From the NCBI GenBank assembly GCA_963717285.1, contig CAVQVW010000004.1:28494-92493 (forward strand): a stretch of 64,000 nt of DNA. The letters run 5' to 3'. A program made the position numbers and the translations under genes. The notes below the pieces were generated by a model, which saw only the letters and a list, made by a program, of their open reading frames with translations, did no database searches and was not told the DNA's origin. Every line of letters begins with the position of its first letter. Position 1 is the first letter of the stretch. Positions 1 to 9,080 of this stretch are shown here, one piece after another. The stretch is from an uncultured Thermoleophilia bacterium (GTDB taxonomy: Bacteria; Actinomycetota; Thermoleophilia; UBA2241).

Positions 1-504
1 CTCGCTGTGCTCCAGATCTCCAGTCGACGCCTGTCTGTTGACCGCTCCGGAATCGGAGAAACCTAGGCGTTCGGCCACTGCCACGGATGCGGCGTTCTCC
101 TCGACGACGTAGGCGACAAGCCTTGACTGCGTCTCCCGTCGCAGGTGGTTCACCAGGGCACGCGAGGCATCTGTGGTGATTCCTTCGCCTTGGCGATGAG
201 AGACGACAGTGTAGTAGATCTCGATCTCTTCGCCGTCTGGGTTCGCGCCGCACGAGCGGAGATACTCGTCGGTTTCACGGTCCGCGATCGTGAGCGAGAA
301 CACCGCTGCATCCGTGTCGTAGGCCGCGATCACGTAGTCAAGCATCTGTGAGGCCCCGGCACGTGTCTTCTGTTCGGGAGTGAACGCCATGTAGCGGGTC
401 GCGTCTTCGTCAGCGAGGAATGCAGCGAAGGCGTCGAGGTTTTCGGGCTTGTGACGGCGCAAGACCATGCGACTGGTCGCTAGCTGATCTGGCACGCTGA
501 GCAT
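1..504 (-). CDS. GNAT family N-acetyltransferase (RimJ/RimL-like), 3' end runs off window
   Basis: Manual translation from ATG at 504: MLSVPDQLATSRMVLRRHKPENLDAFAAFLADEDATRYM...RQGEGITTDA...ENAASVAVAERLGF, matching the RimJ-type L.T.RL.LR, Q/RxxGxG and NxAS..V.ERLGF motifs. Confidence 0.8.
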   Translation of the reverse strand, partial: MLSVPDQLATSRMVLRRHKPENLDAFAAFLADEDATRYMAFTPEQKTRAGASQMLDYVIAAYDTDAAVFSLTIADRETDEYLRSCGANPDGEEIEIYYTVVSHRQGEGITTDASRALVNHLRRETQSRLVAYVVEENAASVAVAERLGFSDSGAVNRQASTGDLEHSE

Positions 505-742
505 GGGAGTCTCCTTGAGGCAGAACTCAGACCGAGAAACGGCCGTCGGCTTCTGTCGAGCAACTCCTCAGCATTCTGCAGAATCCCCTTGCCGCAGACC
601 GCATGCTTCTGCAGAAGACCCTACCACCAGCCTAGTGAACGTCATACAAGACCGCGAACGCGAACGGGGAGACGAGGAACGAGAATTGCGAAGGTACCGC
701 GATTCCGGCAAATGCTGCCTGGTGCTCGATGGTGGCAGGCGC

Positions 743-776
743 TCTCGTCGGCAGAATGTCGGCATCTGGCAGCAAT
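743..776. repeat. Element-end sequence with three arm-type direct repeats, identical to 27519-27552
   Basis: tctCGTCGGCAGaaTGTCGGCATcTGGCAGCAAt occurs identically at 743-776 and 27519-27552. Confidence 0.85.
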
Positions 777-830
777 CCGGGCGATCGTGCGGTGAGACCG
801 GCTCACGAAGATGCCATATGCAGGAACTTC

Positions 831-880
831 TGGTGACCCCGGCTGGAATCGAACCAGCGACACCAGGTTTAGGAAACCTG
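831..880 (-). repeat. att core: duplicated 3' half of tRNA-Arg(CCT)
   Basis: 837-880 is identical to 27613-27656 (anticodon arm through T-arm), and the copy ends in CCA at 831. Confidence 0.92.
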
Positions 881-995
881 CGGAAGGTGTGACGAGGCGT
901 CGTGTCCCGTGCCCACTAGTGCTGCACAGTCCAGGGTTCTGGCGGGGCTCAGTGTCGTGCTGTGATCAGCCGTATTAAACCGTGGTGTGGCCTCT

Positions 996-1015
996 TGTCG
1001 GCAAGTTGGCGGCAA
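996..1015. repeat. Two arm-type integrase-binding repeats
   Basis: TGTCGGCAA-gt-TGGCGGCAA, the same consensus as the triple repeat at 746-775 and 27522-27551. Confidence 0.65.
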
Positions 1016-1239
1016 CGGAGACTTGACAGTGAAGATGTCCCTGGCGCCTGCCTCTGTGAGGATGGCGCTGGGCTTCCTGCTGGCCGGTCTGACGCTAGTC
1101 TTGACTGACCGTGCGTGTCCTGCCCCTGATCTGTCGACCGTCCGCAGGGAGCTCCGTCCGTCAAGCACGCGACCGGAACGGGCGCCACTCTCCTCGAAGA
1201 GACGACCGGCAACGGTCGTTCGACGGGGAGGCTCACGTC

Positions 1240-1729
1240 ATGCTCATCGAGCTGGGAGCCTCAGGAACAGCGCCACAAGGCAGTCCTTGAGGTCCCCGCG
1301 GGCAACAGCGTGGTCGCGGTGGCGGGGCGCTACGGGGTCAGCCGCCAGACGCTGCACCGTTGGCTGCGACGCTACGCGCGTAGCGGCATCGGCGGTCTGG
1401 CCGACGCCTCTGCGCGACCGGGGCGCTGCCCGCATCGCACACCGCCGGCAGTCGAGGCGCGTATCGTCGAGATGCGCCTCGCCCACCCGCGCTGGGGGCC
1501 GCGCACGATCGCCCACTACCTGGCGCGGGAGGAGCTCGAGCGCCAACCCTCGCGCTCCTCGATCTATCGCTGCCTGGTGCGCCATCGCCCGATCGATCCC
1601 CAGAAGCGCCGTCGCAAGCGCGAGGACTACCGCCGCTTCAAGCGCCTGAAGGCCATGGAGCTCTGGCAGATGGACGTCATGGGCGGCGTGCAGCTCAGCG
1701 ATGGCCGCGTGAAGGCTTCCACCATCTGA
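1240..1729 (+). pseudogene. IS481-family transposase, frameshifted and truncated
   Basis: MLIELG.../EQRHKAVLEV.../VAGRYGVSRQTLHRWLRRY...HPRWGPRTI...ELWQMD, which stops just after the first DDE Asp. Confidence 0.8.
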
Positions 1730-1901
1730 CTGCTTCCCGGAGGCGAGCCTCAGGTTCCGGCAGCAACCGCGCCCGCACGAAGCCAAAGGCGGCGGAGAGA
1801 GCCGCAGATCCCGCCGTCTGTTTCTGTGTCGCCTACGGGGCTTGTAGGCACCCGCAAGGTGGATGCCGGTGCGTCGTATGCGCGAAGAGCGCTCTCGGCG
1901 A

Positions 1902-2402
1902 TCACGCAGCCTTGACCACCAACACGGGGACCGGTGACGCCTTGACGATCTTGGCGGCTGTCGATCCTAGCGCCACGCGCGCAAGTCCGGTGCGGCCCGT
2001 GTCACCCATGACGATGAGGTCGGCGTCCACGTCGGTGGCCGCCTGCAGGATGTTCCACGCGACGCTTCCCACACGGACTTGAGCGTGGCAGTCCACGCCG
2101 TTCACCCGGGAGAGGTCCCGTGCCACCGCCAGTCCCCAAACACAGGCCGCGGCTGTCTCAGGGCAGTCCTCGAGAGACGGTTCTTCGGGGAGCATCTCTG
2201 GTTCTTCGAGGCCGGTATAGACGCAGACCACTTCGAGCTTGGCGCCCAGAAGCTTGGCGAGCAGGACTGCGTGCTGCGTTGCCCGTACTGCTGGTGCTGA
2301 CCCATCGGTGGCGAGTAGAAGAGCGCTGGCGGAGTGGCGGATCACGCCAAGATCAGAGAGCGTCACGCTCTGCGCCTCACACGTGATGATGGGCTCCAGC
2401 AT
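1902..2402 (-). CDS. Universal stress protein (UspA family)
   Basis: LLLATDGSAPA...ADLIVMGDTGRTGLARVALGSTAAKIVKASPVPVLVV, with RBS GAGGAG upstream of ATG 2402. Confidence 0.9.
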   Translation of the reverse strand: MLEPIITCEAQSVTLSDLGVIRHSASALLLATDGSAPAVRATQHAVLLAKLLGAKLEVVCVYTGLEEPEMLPEEPSLEDCPETAAACVWGLAVARDLSRVNGVDCHAQVRVGSVAWNILQAATDVDADLIVMGDTGRTGLARVALGSTAAKIVKASPVPVLVVKAA

Positions 2403-2427
2403 GTCTCGGCTCTCCTCGTCACCGTGT

Positions 2428-2452
2428 ATTATACCTTGGGTTGCCAACCCAA
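2428..2452 (-). promoter_or_regulatory. TATAAT -10 box plus 8-1-8 palindromic operator upstream of usp
   Basis: Minus-strand TATAAT at 2428-2433 and a perfect inverted repeat TTGGGTTG-C-CAACCCAA at 2436-2452. Confidence 0.6.
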
Positions 2453-2512
2453 CAGCGCACTCGTTGCCATCACGGCCCCGACCCGCACCCCCGAAATCGG
2501 TCTGGTTGAAGC

Positions 2513-2733
2513 GTGGTCTTCCGACCGATGAAGGAGGCGCAGATCCTCGTCGCAGACTGGCGCCGGCTCCACAACGGCCTGCGGCCGCACAGCTCGCTGG
2601 GGCAACGCCCGCCGGCACCGGAGACGGTCGTCTTCCCGGGCTTCTCGCTGTCTGACTTCGCTCCGCCGAAACCTATGCCGGAGGTGGCTCTGGGACCAAC
2701 ATAGGAAGTGGACCGATGAGTGGGGTGCGGTCA
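2513..2733 (+). mobile_element. IS3-family (IS407-like) right-end remnant
   Basis: KEAQILVADWRRLHNGLRPHSSLGQRPPAPE is an IS3 OrfB C-terminus, followed by a terminal-repeat-like ...gtggaccgatgagtggggtgcggTCA. Confidence 0.75.
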
Positions 2734-2869
2734 TTGCCGGCACGAGGGCAGCTGTTAGGCCGTGCGCGGGATTGTGTCGGTGAGTCGTTTCCGCGCGCTG
2801 ATACTGAGACCCCCGTTGTCGCGGTCAGAACCCCGCACAGGTGCCACAAACTCCAGCTTGTACGCGCGA

Positions 2870-3162
2870 CTAGGCCTCATCCGAAGCGACGACCCCTACG
2901 CCCTTCCAGAACGCCACGCAGCCCGAGATCTGTCGCGCCGCGGGCTTCGGATCCGGGTAGTACCACGCCACCGCCTGCAGTTGCTCGCCGTCGACCTCAA
3001 CGTCGCAGTAGCTCGCCGCGCCCTTCCAAGGGCAAGCGGCCTGCTAGGCGCTCGGCTGCAGGTGGCTCATCTCGACCGAGTCCTGAGGGAAGTCTGGTTG
3101 CCCTCGACGACGATCGTCTCGTCGCTCTCGGCCAGTACCGCGTTCTTCCACTGGGCCTTCAT
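2870..3162 (-). pseudogene. DUF427 (NTP_transf_9) protein with frameshift and internal stop
   Basis: MKAQWKNAVLAESDETIVVEGN / FPQDSV...*QAACPWKGAASYCDVEVDG...AWYYPDPKPAARQISGCVAFWKGV, with RBS GAGGAGG. Confidence 0.8.
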
Positions 3163-3956
3163 GACGGCCTCCTCGACCTCGTCTCCTGAGCCTGAGTTCA
3201 CCTTGTTGCGTGAGCAAGCACTATCTACCCTTCTCGAAGCATCGACTGGGCTCGCTCGAGCTTGCTGCCACGGCCAACCGCCGGAAACTGGCGGGGGGTG
3301 GTCCGTCCTGCTCGTCCGAGCGTGTGCCGCAATAGACTGAGGAGACCGGGCGCAAGAGAGGGAGATACCAGCGGCAGCGAAGGTACTCAGTCGTCAGCGG
3401 CAGCCCCATCGCCGACAGCAACACCGACAGGGTCGTCAAGCGGCTTCTAGCCGCCACCGGCCAGGGAGAAGCCCGCCGCGGGGATGCGCTAGTCAGCGGT
3501 GGACTGAGGACCTTTGCCCGGCCGCTGAAGACGCACGAGACGCAGACGAGTGGGCAGGTCGGCTACGCCGCCGCGCAGCCACTGGCGACGTAGCCCGCTC
3601 GCCGTGGATCGTGATGGGCTCAGGTGCTTCGGAAACCCGAAGTCGAGCGTGATGTAGGCGTTGGGCCGCTCCATCGGCCACTCGGGATAGCGCTCCTCGA
3701 TGGCCTTGAGTGCGTCGTTGACGCTGAAGAGGATGACCCCGGTGGTCGCTTGCGGCCGATCGGGTGCAGCTGGCTGTTCGCCTTCGGCTCACAGGCCAGC
3801 TGCACAGTGGCCCCACTCTCAATCTTCTCGTACACCACGTCCGGGACACCAACCTCGGCGAATCTCCACTCACTGCGGCGACTCCCGCATTACCATTGGA
3901 ATTGGACCAAGGAACGGGGTCCGGTCAGTGGAACAGCACTATCGTGGCGATAATGA

Positions 3957-4670
3957 TCACACGTCAGTGACGCGCTCCGTCCACCGCTCATTCGGGCCGA
4001 CTGCGCCCGTCGGCCCAACCTCCAACTGGCCACGTGCGGCACGCAGCCGGCGACGAGCGACGGCCGTCAGCCCGGGCGCGACAGAAACGAGCACCACGCC
4101 GACGAGTACCAACGTCAGATTGTCCTTCACCCAGTCGATGTTGCCGAACCACATGCCGCCACCGACGAAGATGCCGACCCACAGGATGGCGCCGCTCACA
4201 TTGTAGAAGAGGAAACGCCCAGGGTGCATGTGCGCGATGCCGGCGACGAAAGGGGCGAACGTGCGCGCGAACGGCACGAAGCGGGCGAGGATGATGGTCT
4301 TGCCGCCGTGACGCTGGTAGAAGGCCTCGGTGCGGGCGATGTGCTGGGGGCGCACGAGACGACGCGGCTTGCTCAGCAGTCGGCGACCGCAGAAACGGCC
4401 GATGAGGTAGTTGGCCCCGTCACCGAGGACGGCGGCGGCCAGCAGGGAGGCGCCGAGCGCGAGCGGGTCAAGAACGCCCGCTCCCGCCAGCGTGCCGGCG
4501 GCGAACAGCAACGAGTCGCCTGGCAAGAACGGGGTGACGACGAGCCCGGTCTCGCAGAACACGATGGCAAAGAGGATGCCGTACACCCATTCGCCGAAGC
4601 GCTCCACAAGCATGCTCAAGTGCACGTCGACATGGATGAAGAAGTTGCTGACGCGCGAAACGCCGTCCAC
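3957..4670 (-). CDS. DedA family (VTT domain) membrane protein
   Basis: FCETGLVVTPFLPGDSLLFAAG...GGKTIILARFVPFARTFAPFVAG; start codon uncertain. Confidence 0.92.
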   Translation of the reverse strand: MDGVSRVSNFFIHVDVHLSMLVERFGEWVYGILFAIVFCETGLVVTPFLPGDSLLFAAGTLAGAGVLDPLALGASLLAAAVLGDGANYLIGRFCGRRLLSKPRRLVRPQHIARTEAFYQRHGGKTIILARFVPFARTFAPFVAGIAHMHPGRFLFYNVSGAILWVGIFVGGGMWFGNIDWVKDNLTLVLVGVVLVSVAPGLTAVARRRLRAARGQLEVGPTGAVGPNERWTERVTDV

Positions 4671-5014
4671 GCTCTTGCGGTCCCTTCGTCTAGCCTCGCA
4701 GCTCGAGCAAGCTGATGGAAGGCTACATCCCCCGGGTATCGTAGGCAATCGGAGGGCGCCTGCCGCTCGTGCGCCAGCACTCGAGATGGCAGGGGCTGGC
4801 GACGCCACCCAGGGGCCGCCGGCGCGAGAACGCAGAACTGGCCGCAGCATGCTTGGACTACGAGCTCGATCCGCACGACTACACTCAGGCCGTGCACAAC
4901 TTCCGCAACGCCCTTGGAATCGACGCCAAGGTTGATGAGCCCTGCCTCAAGACCGACCTCACCCGAGACGACCACTGCCGGCACTGGCACGCCCCGGGTT
5001 CCGCGGCGGCTGAG

Positions 5015-5926
5015 TTACTTGGGAACCATGCTATCTGCTGCGGTCTTCTGGTTGTAGAGCTCGAGCATCTGCTGCGGCGTGAGTCGTCGCATCCGCGTCT
5101 CTCCCCGGTGCCTCAGCGAGCGGTGCCGGCGTCGTGAGTTGTACCAGCCGACGTAGGTGACGAGAGCCAGCTCGAGGTCGAGGCGTGTCGGCCAGCGGTA
5201 GCGGCTGATGAGCTCGCGCTTGAGCGTCGAGATCACGCTCTCGGCCATGGCGTTGTCGAGCGCCGTGCCGGTGCGCCCGCGGCTCGGGGCGATGCCGGCT
5301 CTCTTCAGCCGCTCGGTGTACTCGTAGGATGTGTACTGGGAGCCGTTATCGCTGTGAGCCACGAGGCCACCTTCATGCTCCTGACGGGCGGCGAGAGCCA
5401 TCTCGAAGGCGTCCGTGACGAGACTCTGGCGCATGTGCGGTGCCAGCTGCCAGCCGACGATGCGCCGCGTATGGACGTCGAGCACGAGGGCGAGGTAGGC
5501 CCAGCCCTGCCAGGTGCGCACGTAGGTGAAGTCGGAGAGCCACACGGCGTCGGGGCGGGTGGCCGTGAAGTCCCGGCGCACGAGGTCCGGGGCGGCCAGC
5601 GGGGCGAGGCCCGGCAGGGTCGTCTTCTTGCTCTCGACCGGCCCCACGCCGACGAGGCCGTTCCCGCGCATCAGGCGCTCGACGGTGCAGCGGGCGACCC
5701 GGACGCCGGTCTCGTTCAGCTCGTCCCAGATCTTGAGCTGGCCGTAGACGCCGCCGCTGCCTGCGTGCACGCGGCGTATCTGGGCGAGCAGCCAGACGTC
5801 ACGCAGGGCGCGGGCCGAGGGTGGCCTGGTCCTGCGGGCGCGGTAGGCGCTCACCGAGACCTCGAGCTCCCGACAGATCGGCTCGACCCCGAGGCGGGCG
5901 CGGTTCGCATCGACGAAGGCGCTCAC
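5015..5926 (-). CDS. IS3-family transposase OrfB (DDE integrase core)
   Basis: VWLSDFTYVRT...HSDNGSQYTS...DNAMAESVISTLKRE...WYNSRRRH. Confidence 0.93.
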   Translation of the reverse strand: MSAFVDANRARLGVEPICRELEVSVSAYRARRTRPPSARALRDVWLLAQIRRVHAGSGGVYGQLKIWDELNETGVRVARCTVERLMRGNGLVGVGPVESKKTTLPGLAPLAAPDLVRRDFTATRPDAVWLSDFTYVRTWQGWAYLALVLDVHTRRIVGWQLAPHMRQSLVTDAFEMALAARQEHEGGLVAHSDNGSQYTSYEYTERLKRAGIAPSRGRTGTALDNAMAESVISTLKRELISRYRWPTRLDLELALVTYVGWYNSRRRHRSLRHRGETRMRRLTPQQMLELYNQKTAADSMVPK

Positions 5927-6225
5927 CTCGGACGGGGCTGGTCGAGCTCGCGGGCGAAAAACACGCTCGCCGCCTTGAGGATCTCGTTGGCGCGGCGCAG
6001 GTCACGGACCTCGCGGCGCAGCGTCGCCAGCTCCTCGCGCTCGGCGCTCGCTAGCCGGTCGGCGCGGGTGCCGTCGTCGGCCTCGTCCTGGCGCACCCAG
6101 ACGCGCAGGGTCTCGTGGTGGATGCCGAGGTCACGCGCGACCGCGGCGATCGGACGCTCCGACTCGCGGGCGATGCGCACACTGCGCTGCCGGAACTCCG
6201 GTGAGTACTTCGATGGTCTGGCCAT
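5923..6225 (-). CDS. IS3-family transposase OrfA (HTH)
   Basis: MARPSKYSPEFRQRSVR...VARDLGIHHETLRVWV...LRRANEILKAASVFFAREL; overlaps orfB. Confidence 0.93.
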   Translation of the reverse strand: MARPSKYSPEFRQRSVRIARESERPIAAVARDLGIHHETLRVWVRQDEADDGTRADRLASAEREELATLRREVRDLRRANEILKAASVFFARELDQPRPR

Positions 6226-6799
6226 GAGACGCGGTCTCCCTTCTCTGAGGATACGATCCTCCAAGAAACGGAGCCTCCGTCAAACCCGGGGCGTGCCACA
6301 CACGGGAGCCGAATCCGTCAATGGAGACCGCCGTCATGGTCCTCCTGGTGGTCGCGGTCGCCGCGACTGACCGGACCCCAATCGTCGGTCCACCTCCTAT
6401 GTTGGTGCGAGAGGCGTGGGATCCGGCGTGTCCGTTGTCGGCGAGCGAAAGGCGACCTGATCCCCGCAATCGTTCTGCGCACAGGTTATGGAGTTCTCCG
6501 AGCCAGACAAACAGGCGCGGTTTGCAGCCTTCTACACCAAGCTGCCGACGAGGTGCCGACACGCCCCAGATGCTCTGGCTTCCGCCAGGGCGGGTCAACT
6601 CCATAGGACCCGGCTCCCTTTTGTGGCCTAGTCCCCGCGACTGACAGCGCCACGAGCCCTCGGCGGACCGCGTGACAGGCCCCCCTCGGCTGCTGCCAAG
6701 GATCGCCCACTGCGTTGACAAGCGAGCCGTCGTAGTAGGCCTGTTCTCTCGTCCCCTTCCCGCAGTACGATGGCAACGTCTACTGGTGGTGGGAGACGG

Positions 6800-8026
6800 A
6801 TGGGCCCGAGCCTTCGTGGTATCGCTCGACTTGCGGCTTTCGCCGCCGCTCTTCTCGCGCTGCTGGCGCTGTCTTCCTGCGGCAACTCCCTCTCGGGAGA
6901 GGTGACCAGCGGGACGGGCAAGACCCCCATCCCCCAGGCGACCGTCGAGATCTCGGGACGTACCATGGTCACCGATGCGGAAGGCCGCTTCTCTGCCGAG
7001 GAGTTGGACGAGGGGGCGCAGAAGGTCACCGTCACGGTCGAGGGCTTCGAGCCCTTCACGACGGAAGTCGACGTGAGCGGGGAATCCACAGCGACGCTGT
7101 CGCTGCCAGACTCGGAGCTGCATGGCCGTGTCGTCGCGCTCTCACCCGATGAGTCCCCCCTACCGGCTGCCTCGGTCGCCCTCGACGACGTACCGCTCCC
7201 TCTGGATGGCCAGGGATCGTTCTCGGCTGTCGGACTCCCACCGGGGAAGTATCGGCTCACTGCTGGCGCTCCCGGCTACACAACCAAGCGCCTCCGAATC
7301 ACCCTTGAAGCCGGTTCCAACGAGCATGAGTTGGCCCTGCCGCTCACCCTCCTCGCATCAGAGTCCGCCTATCTGACAGCCATCCAGAAAGGAGAGGAGG
7401 ACAAGGCCTACGCGATGGTCGAAGCTACAACGACAGCCAAGATGAGTCAGAAGCTGTGGCGCAAGACACACGGGACGGCGGGAAGGAAGCTCAAGGCCTA
7501 TGAGCTGGGGAAGCCCAAGCGGCTGAACGGCTGGACCTCGCCGGAGACCGGCAAGTCCTTTCGGTCCGTCCGTGAGGTGCCCGTGACCCTGACCTGGCAG
7601 TCGTCGGGAGGCGGCTCGTGGAAGGAGGCGTCAGCCGACTACTGGGTCCTCGGCAAGAAAGGCTGGGAGTGGGTGGGCTCGTGGCAGGCTCCGACCATCA
7701 AGTCGTTCGCGCTGCGCGGCGAAGTAGCCCTGGGCTCGGGCAGCGTTGCCCTCATCATGCACGGGACGCTCACCGTGAGAACAGCGAGCCGCAAGCCCAT
7801 GCAGGCCAGGATCGCGTGCTGGGCGGATACCACGGGAGGCAGACGCGAGATGACGTTCACCCTGCCTCCCCCCAAGGAAGGAACGAGCACGCGCACGCAC
7901 GCTCTGAGCTGGACGCAGTCGACGGGGCTGCTCAACGCCTCGCACTACTTGGCGACCGCGGAGGTCGGCCTGCAGGGGAGATGGAGCAAGCCCTATGCCA
8001 CCGACTGGTGGTATGAGTATGAGTAG
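6800..8026 (+). CDS. Lipoprotein with carboxypeptidase-regulatory-like (Ig/transthyretin-fold) repeats
   Basis: Lipobox LSSC and repeated xSGxVT...PIPQATV...TDAEGRF / LPPGKYRLTAGAPGY motifs. Confidence 0.75.
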   Translation: MGPSLRGIARLAAFAAALLALLALSSCGNSLSGEVTSGTGKTPIPQATVEISGRTMVTDAEGRFSAEELDEGAQKVTVTVEGFEPFTTEVDVSGESTATLSLPDSELHGRVVALSPDESPLPAASVALDDVPLPLDGQGSFSAVGLPPGKYRLTAGAPGYTTKRLRITLEAGSNEHELALPLTLLASESAYLTAIQKGEEDKAYAMVEATTTAKMSQKLWRKTHGTAGRKLKAYELGKPKRLNGWTSPETGKSFRSVREVPVTLTWQSSGGGSWKEASADYWVLGKKGWEWVGSWQAPTIKSFALRGEVALGSGSVALIMHGTLTVRTASRKPMQARIACWADTTGGRREMTFTLPPPKEGTSTRTHALSWTQSTGLLNASHYLATAEVGLQGRWSKPYATDWWYEYE

Positions 8027-8918
8027 AGAGCTGCGAGTTGGGTTGCTCCCGCTGCTGCCGATCGTGACGGCACTGCTGCTCGCAGGATGCAGCGGGAGTA
8101 TCTCGGGGCAGGTCTTGAGCGCCACTGAGGGCGAGCCTGTCTCCGGCGTCACGGTGAGTGCAGACGGCACCTCACACACGACGGGACCCGATGGCACGTA
8201 CACGCTTCCGGAGGTGGCGACAGGAAGCCAGCTAGTCTCCCTGGAGAAGGCGGGATTCCCACCCCAGACGATAGAGGTCGATGTCCAGAGAGGGGCAAAC
8301 ACCGCCGACCTGAACCTCGCGGACGCCTTCCTCGAGGGTCGCATTCGAGAGATCGCCGTGAAGCCGAGGCGCATCCGGCGTGCCACCATCGCCGTCGACG
8401 ACCGAAGAACAGAGAGCGATTCGACGGGCTACTTCCGGATGAATCAGCTTGCGCCGGGCCCCCATTCGGCCACGATCACCGCTGCCAACCACGAGCCGCT
8501 GGACAAGAACATCGAACTCAGTGCCGGCCCGAACGAAGTGGACTTCAAGCTGCCCCTGACAGCTGTCGGTACGGCCAAGCGCTACGTGTCGGAGATCCGC
8601 TACGGCAGGCCTTCCGAGGCGTACCGGTACGTGAATCCAGATGTGAGGCAGGTCCTCAGGCAGTCCGAGTGGTACGCGCGGGAAGGGCAGCTCGGCGCGG
8701 ACATGCTCTCCTACCGGATCGCGGGCAGCCGCGCGATCGGGACGTGGACCTCACCAGACACCAAGAAGTCGTACTCATCGGTGCGAGAGGTTCGCAGAAG
8801 CGCCGTATGGATGGTGAGGATCGGTGCTCCCAACACGTGGGTGGAGCGGCGTGTCGACCACTGGGTCCAGGTGAAGGGCGTCTGGTACTGGCTAGGCACA
8901 CGCGAGGGGATCTTCTGA
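8013..8918 (+). CDS. Paralogous lipoprotein with carboxypeptidase-regulatory-like repeats
   Basis: Lipobox LAGC, ISGQV...PVSGVTV...TGPDGTY, and a C-terminal WTSPxTxKS..SVREV domain shared with the upstream gene. Confidence 0.75.
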   Translation: MSMSRELRVGLLPLLPIVTALLLAGCSGSISGQVLSATEGEPVSGVTVSADGTSHTTGPDGTYTLPEVATGSQLVSLEKAGFPPQTIEVDVQRGANTADLNLADAFLEGRIREIAVKPRRIRRATIAVDDRRTESDSTGYFRMNQLAPGPHSATITAANHEPLDKNIELSAGPNEVDFKLPLTAVGTAKRYVSEIRYGRPSEAYRYVNPDVRQVLRQSEWYAREGQLGADMLSYRIAGSRAIGTWTSPDTKKSYSSVREVRRSAVWMVRIGAPNTWVERRVDHWVQVKGVWYWLGTREGIF

Positions 8919-9080
8919 GACGCCGTGGGTCTGCGCTCCCCTGTGAGCGTGACTCACGCCATGTCCGCTAGTCGGAATGAAGTGACTGTCGCAGACCTTG
9001 CCGACGTGTCCGGCTAGCGGAAAGGCGCCTTGGCAGGCTTCGCGCTCTCGGCAGGCGGACCAGAAGTGACCGGATGGCCG

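Larger units (their letters stand above)
4985..6298 (-). mobile_element. Complete IS3-family element (IS51/IS6110-like)
   Basis: Terminal IRs TGGCACGCCCCGGGTT (16 bp perfect, ~27 bp imperfect), 3-bp target duplication CAC (4982-4984 / 6299-6301), and orfA/orfB. Confidence 0.93.

Noticed and set aside
1787-1870. Cluster of short hairpins between the IS481 remnant and usp as an ncRNA
   Set aside because: Short GC stems are expected by chance and no known motif was found; at most a terminator
3272-3302. GAAA-capped hairpin GGCCAACCGCCGGAAACTGGCGG resembling c-di-GMP-I P2
   Set aside because: It lacks the GGCAAA and GACGCAAAGC consensus and the P3 receptor
3383-3413. Minus-strand GGCGATGGGGCTGCC-GCTGACGACT resembling a fluoride riboswitch
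   Set aside because: The central stem is missing, the pseudoknot partners do not pair, and no fluoride-related gene follows
3489-3873. Protein-like fragments in several minus-strand frames
   Set aside because: Probably a decayed gene, but no family could be recognised
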